A stretch of 64,000 bases of DNA from Penicillus capitatus (taxonomy: Eukaryota > Plantae > Chlorophyta): NCBI GenBank assembly GCA_965649825.1, contig OZ287694.1:309197-373196 (forward strand), written 5' to 3'. A model generated the notes under the pieces. That model saw only the letters and a list, made by a program, of their open reading frames with translations, was not told the origin of the DNA and did no database searches. Made by a program: the position numbers and the translations under genes. Shown piece after piece: positions 1 through 11,800 of this stretch (within the stretch, counting starts at the first letter, position 1; each line of letters starts with the position of its first letter).

Positions 1-8
1 ACCTGTCC

Positions 9-1028
9 TTGCATCCAACGGCTTTGTCACTCGTCGTCAGTGTGTGCATTGTCCCTTGCTCCGTGCTTCTCTGTTGGATCGTGTTCTGGGCGGCCAAATC
101 GGTGAGATCTGGAATGGACGGTCTTCGCCGCTACTTGTCGAAGAGATCCGTGCTTTCGGCGATGGTCATCTGGTATGTCACTCTCGTGCCCGTGCTGAAG
201 ACCGCACTGAGCGTCTTCCTCTGCGTCGACGTGCACGACGTGCACGTCGTGCACGTCGTTGACGACCTTACGATGATCGACGTGACTCACATGTTTTGGG
301 CAGTCGACACGGGCATAAGGTGCTACGAAGGAGACCACTGGAAACTCATCTACGGACTGGTTGTTGCGTTCGTGTGTCCAGTGTACGGCGGACTGCTCGC
401 GCTCTTCGCCTTCATCCTCTCAAGTCCGCTGCAGAACCTCGTCCGCAAGAGCAGCTGGGCGTACCAGACGACGGGATTCCTTTACCGATCTTACAGAATG
501 GATCGTCGTCGATACTGGGAAGTCGCCATCGTCGCAAGGAAGGCCGCCATTGCCTTCCTTGTGTTCTGCGCCCACGTGTTCGACAGCGGACTGCCGATCT
601 CCGGCATTGCGCACGTTATCATGCTGGCTATTATGGGTCAGGTTTTGGTGGCGCCCTATCGAGAAGACTTTAAAGATCTCAACAGAATGGAACTAGGATC
701 TCTTTTCGTGTCATTGGCGACTACGCTGGCAGCTTCCATGCTCAAAGACGAGAATTACCCCGAAGGCTTTACTCGTGTATTGCTTACGGCCGCGTGCGTC
801 TTGCTGAATCTTATTACCTTTTGTGTTTTTGTCTTCTACATTCTCAAGTTTGCAGGTGAGTTCCTGGAGCATACGATGAGGGAGCGAGACGAGAACTTTG
901 CACCTGATGCTGGCATGTTCCGCGTTCTGGTGCACTGGGTCAGTTACGAAGTCAAACATTTTATTGGCAAGACATGTCCGACATCCGAATACACCGAGAT
1001 CGCCGAGTCATCGGCGGCCGAGGCATAA
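9..1028 (+). CDS. 3' exon of Pmp-like multi-pass membrane protein, paralog 1 (5' part lies upstream of the window)
   Basis: 339-aa ORF with about 7 hydrophobic segments (e.g. YGLVVAFVCPVYGGLLALF, GFLYRSYRMDRRRYWEV). Clearly paralogous to the C-terminal exons at 35307-36310 and 62495-63500. Confidence 0.85.
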   Translation: MHPTALSLVVSVCIVPCSVLLCWIVFWAAKSVRSGMDGLRRYLSKRSVLSAMVIWYVTLVPVLKTALSVFLCVDVHDVHVVHVVDDLTMIDVTHMFWAVDTGIRCYEGDHWKLIYGLVVAFVCPVYGGLLALFAFILSSPLQNLVRKSSWAYQTTGFLYRSYRMDRRRYWEVAIVARKAAIAFLVFCAHVFDSGLPISGIAHVIMLAIMGQVLVAPYREDFKDLNRMELGSLFVSLATTLAASMLKDENYPEGFTRVLLTAACVLLNLITFCVFVFYILKFAGEFLEHTMRERDENFAPDAGMFRVLVHWVSYEVKHFIGKTCPTSEYTEIAESSAAEA

Positions 1029-4000
1029 GCTAATCGACATCCATTAGCAAGATAGATAGTCTTTTCTTTTTGCAAGCTGAGCTCGGTTTACGAGCTCATC
1101 ATTCTAAGCTGTGACGGGACTTTTCCTCCTTTTCCTTGCTGAAAAGAGTGACCTACAGGTTGTACCTGATAGAGTGAGCAATGTGCTCTCTCTGTGACAC
1201 TTTTAAGTATGTGACGTGACGAAAACGCCGCGCCCCTCGACTCCTCGCGATGATCGAACGCGAAGGGCATCTGCGTCGACTGAACAGTTTGCTTGATCGC
1301 AGAGCGAGTCGTTCGCCAGATCCAACAGAGGTACGAAGAGTGACGAAAGCGAAATCATTTCTGCAACAGATTCTTCGTCGTTCAGACCGGAGAGTAGCTC
1401 GAAGAAGCGAACAATAGATGATTATCAGAATTCTGCCGCCGCCAGCGAACCTAACAGAGCACAAGACGCGTCGTCGTTGTCCAGTCTCGCGACGACGTTT
1501 CTGCAGACGAAGCAGTAGTTAGCAGAGCGACTTTGGGCGTCTCTGCATCGAATCGGCCACGTCGGCGACGTTGCTGGCATGAATTCGGCGACACAAATGC
1601 CTAAACAGATACGTTACACAGAGAGGAGTCCAGAAGAGCAATGAATCTGTACAATGTCCCCAACAGGAACCGCCACTCGAAAACTCAACTCGCTTTCTCC
1701 AGTCGTCGATCCGATGTCCTATCTCCACTTTTTCGTCGTGAACAATAGATCGCTCTAGAGAACATGTGTCACACTTCTAAAGGCGAAGAACGCACAGCAT
1801 TGTCAACCCAGTAAGCAACTCCGTACCGGCAACTCCTTTGATGGGCGGAATGGCGAGCATACCGTGTGGAGGGATCCACTGAACACGTCAAGTGCTAATA
1901 GCAAACGAACCTTCATGTCAGAACTGCAAAGAAGTCGCCTAGAGCATTTCGAGGACGTCTCCGATGCGATCATCAGTAAAAACGAGACAGAGCAATGTCG
2001 GTCAGGGAGGAAACAACTTCTTCTCGCGAATTCATGGTCGTGATCCCAGACTCTGTCACCGAGTGCGTTCATCCAGCAGAGAAAGGCAGAACCAGAATGC
2101 AGCAAAGGACACTGCACCAGCCGCGTCGGCTTCACTCACGACTGTTCTGCTGGTTCTTCTCTTCCAAAGGTGCCGGTCGGTATCGGAACTCGAAATGCAA
2201 TCTTCGAACACACTGTCCCGTGGTTCATCTGTCCTTTCTGACAACATAGAGAAGTCTGCGGCAGACAGTGCACACGACAATGAGAAAGATCTGTTAGCTG
2301 ATGCAGGAGCAAGGAGACTTGGTCACGCACCGAGTTGTCCATATGTCGAAGGCTCGCGCTCAAAACTGCCTGTCGGTTGAAAGAATCGAAGAGACGATTC
2401 AACGACGCTGGTTGTGATCCTGATGTTGTCGCGTAGGATCGATAAGCCAGAGGCTTCCACATTCGTCAAAGATGGCCTTCCTCTCTCGGCAGTCATCCAG
2501 ACCAGACAAGCTGCGCAGCATCCTGAAACGGTCCTCTGTGAAGTCCCTGACATCTGGCTGTGAAACAGTCATCTCTGCGGCAGCCTCAATGACCTCTTCT
2601 GAGTGATCTAGATGAATTGAGTCTGCGTCGAAGGATTAAGAAAGTGAGAAACGAGTGACTTGCAAGATGGAGCGTACTCCACTGACGAACGGCGCTTCTC
2701 TTACATCAAATGCCGAACGATCGGCGGCGGCACATGCACCTTCGCCCCAAACAACATCTGACAGGCGTCAGACGACCATCCTTCTGTCAATGGGAGAGGA
2801 TTTCGTCTATGAAGGGCAGCACTCGAAAAGCGACATCATACGGAGGACTTCCGACAGTTCGTGAAAGAGGTGGCAAAGGAAAGGATTCCCTATACGACGG
2901 ACTTGCGGATATGGCAGTTTGACTGAAGTACACCTACTTTATCGACGGCGCTGCACCGAGATAGACCGGTCACCGCTATGGAAGCGCACGGTGAGTTCCG
3001 GAGTAGCAAGCGCCTGCTCGGTCGAATTGCTGAGCAATTTAAGACGGTACGTGTCGGACATCGTGCCTTGTCGTCCGCTTGCCTCCGGCAAGAAGGCATC
3101 AAACCAGCGGCGGTGCGCGCACCGTCCAGAGATCGCCGTTTTTTGCAGAGGGTAGCGCTGTCGCATACCCTGCGCGCATGCACAATGCCGTTCGACCGTG
3201 CCGTGGCGCTGTGACAGTCGTGCGTGTTATTCCGACCGACCGAGACTCTCGCCTTAAGGGACGAACAGCGCCCGCCTGTGCACATCGGAAGGAGATTGGT
3301 TCACGGATCCAACCGTTGTCTGGCTTTCGCTGTTACCAGTCATTCCGATGTCACTCCTTCCGTGCACAGAACACGAACGGCCGCCGCACCTAGATCTTCA
3401 AGAGCGTTTGGCGCTCCTCTCCGTTGAGATCCTGTCCATTTAAAGTAACGGATGTCTGCTGGTGACGATGAGATCTGTGCCATATGTGACATGTATGTAT
3501 CTGGCATACTTGGAGACAAGAAGCCATGAATGTGTGCTGTTCTAGAGCGTGTCGATTCCGGCACAGCGGCAGAGTATTTTGGTGGGCAGAATCTCAGTAG
3601 ATTTTGGCTGGGTTGCTCCTCGGAACGGATCCTTCGATGAGAGCAGGCATGCGAGATGGCATGCTGGAGGCGAGCGAGTTCCATGCACTGCATTAGAGAA
3701 GGCATTCCTACCACATCGCAAGCGTGATAGTGTACGCCTCGTCGTCTGCTGTCGCGATGGTAGTGGCTCTCCGACGATTGATCACTCAGAAACAGTCATT
3801 ACCGAGTGAGGGCTTATCGCTTCACGAACCTCTACGGAGAGGAGAGAGATGCAGTGTTCTGTTGTGGAGACAAACAAATGATGGAGAAGAAAGGCAATGT
3901 GCCATGAAGATGCCACTAAGGAAAGGAACTGTTAGAGACGGACGAAGGGAGACCGACTGTTCGACAAATCTGTCAACGAAGACGTGGTCTGTTAGATTAC

Positions 4001-5500
4001 AGAAGCGACTGCACACTCTGCGTCATGGACAGCAGGCGAGTCAATGATAGTGATGACTGAAGAACCTCTGATACCTCACGAACAGCTGCTGACTTCAAAG
4101 GTCGGTTTTACAGTAGATGTTAGTCTCTCGCTGTCTAGATGACGTTTTGCTCTGGAGTTTTGCGCCACATTTGGCCGCACAGATATAGAAAGCGCAGAAC
4201 GCGAACACGTTGCACACGCGACGCGCATTTGTCATTAATGTCCGTGTGTGTCTCCTGCGGTGGAGTGAGCCATTCTACCTGTTCCGGGGATGAACTTTAT
4301 CCGATAGCAGTTTGGCAAGAGGTTCTCAATGAGCGTGGTGGGTCGTCTTGCAAAGCGCTGAACGACCACGGCTATTAACAACGTGTAGGAGAAAGGCTCG
4401 AACGAAGTCTGTCCGAGTCATCTAAATCAGGAGTCGACTGTCTCCACAAGAGCGGCTCGATACCGTCGGTCGTCTATCACACACACGGTATCTTATTGCG
4501 AATATTCACAAAACTTCAAACTGTCACTGAAACGAAACAGATGGCGCATATCTTGATGCTGTGTGATCGTGAACACTCGTGGCTCTTTCTTACAACAAAA
4601 CGCAGAGCTTCGCTAGTGCACTCACTCTTTTTGATCGGAATTGAGCCCTGTTCACCGCCTCGGTGCGGAAGTCTTACCCGCTAGGTGCACAACTGAAAGG
4701 CGGAGGACCGTGACAGACTTCGGCACGAATCTCTCTGTTTGTGAAGGATGACGTTTGGCGGCTATTGGCTTTTATGAGAATTGCACGGAATGAATGGCCA
4801 ACTTCGTGTTTTCCAGTTTGGATTTAGCAACGGCGTTAGCGTATTGCCTCTGAACGGGCATTGAAAAATTTCTCTACGGAGACCTAGAAAAGGCAGCGGG
4901 CCATTGCAGCCCCGCTTTTCAACACGGCCGAATGATACGTTGTTTTATGCTATCGGACAAAGAATCGCGCGTTCACCACTTCTTTATACTTTCAAATGTA
5001 TTATGTCTTCGCTACAAGTTGCTCGAGAAGGACTTCGAACAACGTGCTACCGGCAGTCAGAGACATGTAAAGAGAGAGAGAATGATGACGGTCATATCTT
5101 GTTGTCGAACTTGCCATACGTTCAAGTTCCTGGATTGCAAGACTTCGAATCGACACGACATCTTTCTTTATCTCGGACGCCGGCGCGAAACAGAGTTTGG
5201 AGTTGATAAGAAGGTTTAGTTCGACAAAGCTGCACTTATTACTTGATGAAGCCACAATCCTAATAGGTGGAAAAAAATCAAGTTCATTGCATCGAATATC
5301 GTAGAAAGAACTGTTAATGTTGGTGCAATATTCCTCCGAGTCGTCGGCGAAGTCGTCATGGATGTAGGGCAGTCTAGAGGCAGAGTCGTCAAAAAATTGC
5401 CGGCGAAGTCGTCACCAGTGCAGGATGGTCGGTGAAAGAAAGACGTCAAAAGGCAGTCGAGAGAGTCGTCGCGAGCGGGCTGTTCGGCACAGCGACTCAC

Positions 5501-5638
5501 CTGGAGGTCTGGATATTCGACGGCCGCCTTGGCCATTGGAACGGCGAGAAACAAAACGACGAGGCAGATCCATCCTTCCGTGCATCTGCTGGGCCAGGAA
5601 CGCGTCAGAGGTGTTCGAGGACGGAGGCGACTTCCCAT
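5501..5638 (-). CDS. Probable first exon of a secreted protein; downstream exons towards ~1.3-5.2 kb not resolved
   Basis: ATG at 5638, 46 aa ending in a signal-peptide-like stretch (WICLVVLFLAVPMAKA), followed by a phase-0 CAG|GTGAGT donor. Confidence 0.4.
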
Positions 5639-5835
5639 TTCGTCAACCGCAAAAACGCGATGATGATCGGCGGAGCTGTCAGTCAACAAAAACACGCCGC
5701 CTTTGTGTCCACGGTTTACGACGATGCGTAAAACGAACCAGAAAGCGTTCGACGAAGTTCGAAATTCTCACAGCACGCCGTGCGAATTTGCGATTCGTTG
5801 GCTAACGCAATGCAATCTAAAACGCTAGTGCTTTA

Positions 5836-8800
5836 ATGGATGATCCTTTTGTTCAATCGCGCTCGATTTTCCATCGGATAATCAGAACAGAACGGGTCAG
5901 AAGTCCATTCGATCCATGAGCATTCAAATGCTTCATTGGTCGTGCCGTCGTTTTAACAGGTTGTCGTGAGCGGTACGCGGTGGGCCGGACGCCGTCAGTA
6001 CGCATGCTTTCCGAGGCAGAGAAAAGAACGAACGCCTTGTTAATAATGATTAATGATTGTCAATTTTTCAGTTTCTGCTGACAGTCCTCAGATCGATCCA
6101 TCACTCTTCCCTGCGCAACTTCTTCGTCATCAAAGTAGACACGAAGTCGGCTCGAATGGTAGGGTCCTCTGAGTTGTCCGCTTCTTCGAATCTTCCATAG
6201 CTTTCTGCCGATCTTCTTCTCTAAGACATAGGGACCATTCCAGGCAGGTGCCAGTGGTGATCGTCGCCGTTCAGGTTCGAAGACCAACACCTTCTGGCCA
6301 AGTTGCAATGCTCGTGCTCCTTGGCGACCCAGTCCTCGACGGAGGCATTGTTCTGTGTGCTTCTGCGCTGCCAGAGTCCGTTGATGCGCTCGTTGTCGCC
6401 AGATGATGACCTCTTGCATCAGCGTGATCTGTCCGTCGCGTTGCCGACCGTGCATCAACTCATTTGGAGTGAACTGGGTAACCTTATGAACGGCGTCGTT
6501 CAGCACGTCTTCGAGTTGGTTTAAGGATAGCTCTTTGCGCTGCAGCTTGAACCGTCTCATGCGTTCCTTGATTGTCTGGATGCTGCGTTCAACCAGGCCA
6601 TTGGACTGCGGACTATAAACCCCAGACGTGAGGTGTGACACATTCTGTTCTTCACACCATGTCGATACGGCCAGTCCACAGAATACCTGCGCATTATCCG
6701 TAAAGATCGATCGCAGAGGAGATTCATCTGTCGTGTTGTTTCGAATCCATGAATTGAGCGCTTGGATGACGACCTTAGAGTTCGGTTTCGTGGCTGATCG
6801 CAATTGGATGTACCTAGACAAGCCATCGATCATGACCAGTACCCAGCGAGAACGCCGTTGCCAGTGGACTGGGCCGAGAAAGTCCAAATGGACAATCTCA
6901 TTGACCTCCTGGCAGTCCATTCCCGACCATCGATCTGGAGAGGCTTGCATCCGAAATCGCTGGCAGATCGGGCAGACCCGAACGAATTCTGCCACGTCTT
7001 TTGCGTCATTTATCCAGTGCCAGCCGTCGCGTCGAAGGTGACTGAGTGTCTTGAAGACACCCCAGTGCCCGTAGTGTGCTTTCTCGATCGCTGTTCGACG
7101 TTGTGTTGTCAGGTGATCGAGCCGTAGGACCTCCGCAGGGCCATCGTCTTCCAGAAATACAGTCATCTCCTTTGATGGCGGCTCATGCCATCGAGATAAC
7201 AGGTCTGCCAATACGTTCTCTTCGCCAGGCAAGAACTCAATCGTCAATCTCGATCCCCAGTTCGCTGTCAACCATTCGAATGCTCGAAGGATTCGAACAT
7301 CTTTCAACGCCTCGGCAGAGGGCGTCTTTTTCAGTCGCATCCATGCGGACTGCGAATCTGTCTGAACGACGACTTCTGAGCCGATGACAATGTCCCAACA
7401 CTGCCGGAGACTCCAAATCAGCGCTTGGAGTTCCCCGACCATTGACGACGGATGATCGCTGATCCTTGAGCTCCCGATCATCACCAGCACGCCATTATTC
7501 GGATGTCCAGACCAGAGGGCATATCCCCTCGACGAGGTTGACCAGTCGACTCGGATATACCAGCGTGTCGTATCCTTAGGCAGGAACGATAGTCGCTGAT
7601 GGCAATCCAAGATCTTCGACCAGATTCCTTTCGTCATTTGCTGGAGATCCATCAGGCTCTTTCGGTTTTCCGGTGGTTCACGCAGCTCTGATTGCAGTGG
7701 TTCAATGATATGTGCTAACCCCGGACACGACCCACGTATTACGTTTAATAGTCCCAAGAGTTTCTTTAATTGAGTGACCGTATTCGCACTTGGCAGATAA
7801 TCCATCTTACTCTGCAAAAACGAACCCAACGAATATCCTTTTGGTTCCACATCGTACCCTAAAAATTGTACGCGTCGCGAACACAATTGTACCTTCTCCC
7901 TGTTAGCATGAAAACCGAAATCACTTAACCGCTGGAAAACAGCGTCCAGATTCGCGTCATGTTCAGTGGCAGACGGCCCGCCTATTAGCAGGTCGTCCGC
8001 ATACTGTATCACCGATAGACCCGATAACACGGATCTCACACGTGATGCAAATAAACCTGGTGATGGAGACCATCCCATCGGTAAGCAAACATATGTGTAA
8101 CGGATACCAAATTGTTCAAATGCAAATAGTGTTTGTAAGGTCCTATCTACAGAAAAGTGATAAAATCCTGATCGTAAGTCCAAGACCGAAAAGTGTGACC
8201 AATCCGCCGGTATTGATTGCAGTGTAGCCATCACACCAGGTGTGGCAGATCGCCATGGCTTGACGTAAGCGTTTAACAGACGCAAATCGATCGTACATCG
8301 CGGAGAGCCATCTTTCTTACGTACCCAGAGAATAGGGCTGTAGAACGCCCGTTCTGTGGCACGAAGCCTTCGGATCACTCCTTGATCTTCGAGACGATTT
8401 AGCTCTGCTTTCGCATCTTCCTGCCGAATCTCACCGACGCCATATGACACGCCACGATTCATCAATGGAATCCTGTCGATAGGCACTGTCCATTCAATTT
8501 CCGATGCCCGAATCTCTAGCCGCAAAGCGCGTTCTTCATCGAATCTCGGTGTCGAGAAGACGGCGGGATAGAGTTTCATCCACGCATCGATTCTCTTTCC
8601 TTCTTCGGTTGCATGTGCTCCACAAATATCGGACGCAGTCATAACGAATTTCGCGCCCGGCAAGCGCAACACCGCGACCAAACAGGTGCGAGCAGACAGA
8701 CATCTGGCCTCTTGTGTCGCATTCCATATGGTCGTCCTAATGATTCCTTTATCTGAAAGACTTGTACCAACGATTAATCCCGGAAGTTGAGATATCGGAA

Positions 8801-11800
8801 GTATCCCACGGATACCCTTTCCCGTGATCTGATACGGCGACACCTTTGTCACACACTTCTGAGGCCCTACAATCAGCGACATGCACAACGGCAGTAAGGC
8901 ACGGTCACCGCGGATAACCGGCCGATATGCCGTATCCAGGTATCTTGTTTTCGTAATGTTCACGGAGAGCGAGTCGTCCTGGCTCGCTCGCTCCCGGTTT
9001 CGTGCTCCCTTGGAGGGAGCCTTTAGCAGTTTTTTTGGGACGGCAGATCAGCGCCACCGACTTGGTGGCAGTATACCCGCGTCCCCTCCGGCGTTTCTAA
9101 AAGGTCCTCCGCGCACTTGATGGTCAATCCGAGAGAGGTTAGGCCAGGTAGACCTAAAATGGCTCGCGGCACTCCAGGAACCACGAGATAGGTCAGAACT
9201 GCTTCTTGATCTCCCACAATCGATCGCATCTGCACTTCTCCCTCTACTGGATGACTCGTTCCTGCGAACGATTTCACAGCCGCAATCGGCGAGTCGACCA
9301 CGGGAACCCCCATCTCTTCAATGGTCGCTTTCGGCAGCAAGTTGACGGTTGCTCCGGTATCCACGAGAAACTGCATTACCGACCTTGGAGAGTCTACCGA
9401 CTTCGATATCTGTCCATTAACGTGGTACAGTCGCCTCACATGTGACTCTGTCAAGTTTTCCTCCACGTTCTGCTTAGGGCATGCCCGTTTCCAATGTCTG
9501 CCGCCGCATAGTGGACAGGGATGCTTTGGCTTCTTTGGTTTAAACGGACAATCAGCTTGGAGGTGACCCGGCGAACCACACCACCAACAGGTCATCCGCC
9601 TTTGTTCAGGGGCAGAGGGCCCTGTCGCAGGCGTAGTCGGCGTTGTCTCTACGCGAGCTACGTTGCTCGCAGCCGCCCTCGTCACTTCCGTCTCCGCGAT
9701 GCGCGCTTCCAGTCGGCGGATCTGCGCTGTCAGCTGCTTCGTCTCGGGTGTAGGCGGTGCGGACATCGACGGAATCCGCAACCAAATGTACCGAAACAAC
9801 TGCACGACTGGGAGACGTGAGAGTTGCGTCGCAATCGCCAAGGCCACCGTATACGGAGACGCTAAACGAAGCAAACCCCATGCGACGACATTCATCGCCG
9901 CAAACCACAACACCGCGGCTAAGACCACCGTCTCTACTTCACGGAGGCTTCGAACAAGGACCACAGCTGCGGTGACGAAGCCCTCTGTAAAGACGAGCGG
10001 TGACCAGAGAAGCCGACCGAACTGACAGACGCCAAAGACGGCCAACTCTGCCGTTTTCTCGAAGACGGCTGTCGCACAGACGAGCACGCCGTCACAAGCT
10101 TTGCGACGTTCATCCGGCTCGGGGACCACGACTGGCGGCGGCTTCGCTCTGACGAAAAGCGACCACAACCATGACCACCAGGTTTGCTGCTGAGTTTGAG
10201 ATGCAGATTCGGAAGACGCGGCGTCCTCTGTACTCGTGGATGTGGGTTCGTTCGGGGATGCCACCGTCCCAGAACGGGTCTGTACGGCGACGGCGCCATG
10301 CACAAACAACAGCAGGAGAACGCCCAACGACGCTCCGAAACCAAACTGTCGTGAGCGGTACGCGGTGGGCCGGACGCCGTCAGTACGCATGCTTTCCGAG
10401 GCAGAGAAAAGAACGAACGCCTTGTTAATAATGATTAATGATTGTCAATTTTTCAGTTTCTGCTGACAGTCCTCAGATCGATCCATCACAGGTGAAGCAG
10501 CAAAACCATGTCATCGATGCATCCAACAATGACGTCGCCACCTGGTGTCTCTAGAAACTGAAATCACTGGATCCCACTCTGCGCAAGGGCACACGGACAG
10601 AGATGAAGACGCTGATCACTTTGAATATTAAGGACGCTGGTTGGATTATCGAATGATGCTGCGTCGGTTATACTTGACGTAAGAGAACCATCCATCTCGC
10701 TGCGCCGACAAGAGCGCATCCTGCATTCGAGTCAGCGTGTTTGCACGCTGTCGGCTGTGCAATTCAAAGGACGGTGCCAAAAATGACAAAGCCATCCAAT
10801 CCATTGTGGCGTTCCGGTTGTGCTTGCAGCGTCGACGAGTGTTTTCTTTGGAAGTGCTATGTCTTCAAAACGGTCACATGACTTTAAACAGACCGTCGAC
10901 AGGATTCCCGCAATGGCCATGACAACGTCACACTACAGCACTGGCTCGAAAAGGCACGATTCTGCGTAAGATATTTCTCAAACCGTCCAGACGACGCACA
11001 AGACAGCTTGTAGAATGCAGCCTGTGTATAACAGGTGTCTGTGCCGCTTGGTTCCAGACGCTGCTAGACGACCGACTGCGAACGATGCCTAAGGGACAGC
11101 GCGTGCATCACGAGAGCGAGATGACCAAAGCTAAAAAAGCCTGCAGTAGAACAGCTGGTCGGTGCCCTCCTGAGATGCGAGTTCCGAAACCTTGACGTCA
11201 CGTCATTCGTTGTTTGAAAGAAGAATGACCTCCGTTTCTTATTACGTTAACGGGAGCAGGAACGATAAGGGACCGCCTCGTGCCCAGAGGTTACGAAATA
11301 GTGTCCGCTGTTTGCACGGCTGCCAGGTCAGAAGTCACATAGTGAGTTCCAAAGTTCCAGAACAGCCCATTCGATAATGCAGTGCTCCCCACATCTCTAA
11401 CAGCGTTTTTGGCATCCATAGCGTGCGGCGAAGGATTCGAACGTGTTTCAGTTTCTGTCGGGCCTTATGGTCATGGCCACTAAGCGACGCTCCAGAATCC
11501 AGAGGATGCCGCCGCTTGTCTGGAATGTTGCTCCCCTGTCCGATTCAGATAACGCACAGGGTATATACCTATCTACACAGCCATAACACCTTCTCCACTC
11601 CTCAAACAAGAATCAGAATGAATGCGACCATACGTAATAGGAGGCGTCGTCTTCGGGGTCGATACAATGATTTGACGAACTGATACAAAGGCTGACAGAT
11701 CTCTTGCTCCAGTCGCAGTACACTGGAAAACAAGAGACGCACTAGAGGTGGAACTGCGGTCGATAGGTACCTCAGCGACGTCCCTCGGTCTGTCAAGCCA

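Larger units (their letters stand above)
5962..10488 (-). mobile_element. Ty3/gypsy-type LTR retrotransposon, element 1 (4527 bp, intact)
   Basis: Two 142-bp TG...CA direct repeats, 5-bp target-site duplication CAGGT (5957-5961 and 10489-10493), PBS, PPT, and gag-pro plus RT-RH-IN ORFs. Confidence 0.97.

Noticed and set aside
228-265. (GTGCACGWC)3 slippage encoding DVHDVHVVH in paralog 1
   Set aside because: A real but trivial in-frame microsatellite in a loop.
3810-3900. LHEPLRRGERCSVLLW, similar to a 2OG-Fe(II) oxygenase C-terminal motif; also ICAIC near 3475
   Set aside because: Isolated short matches with no supporting exon chain.
10600-10680. In-frame TAA/TAG in plausible exons, hinting at the TAR=Gln code of some ulvophytes
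   Set aside because: Host ORFs of 490-790 aa use CAA/CAG with no internal TAA/TAG, and PAN copy B and Pmp paralog 1 end in TAA, so the standard code fits.
11430-11445. GTTCGAATCC tRNA T-loop-like word (also at ~7290)
   Set aside because: No T-stem pairing or cloverleaf around it.
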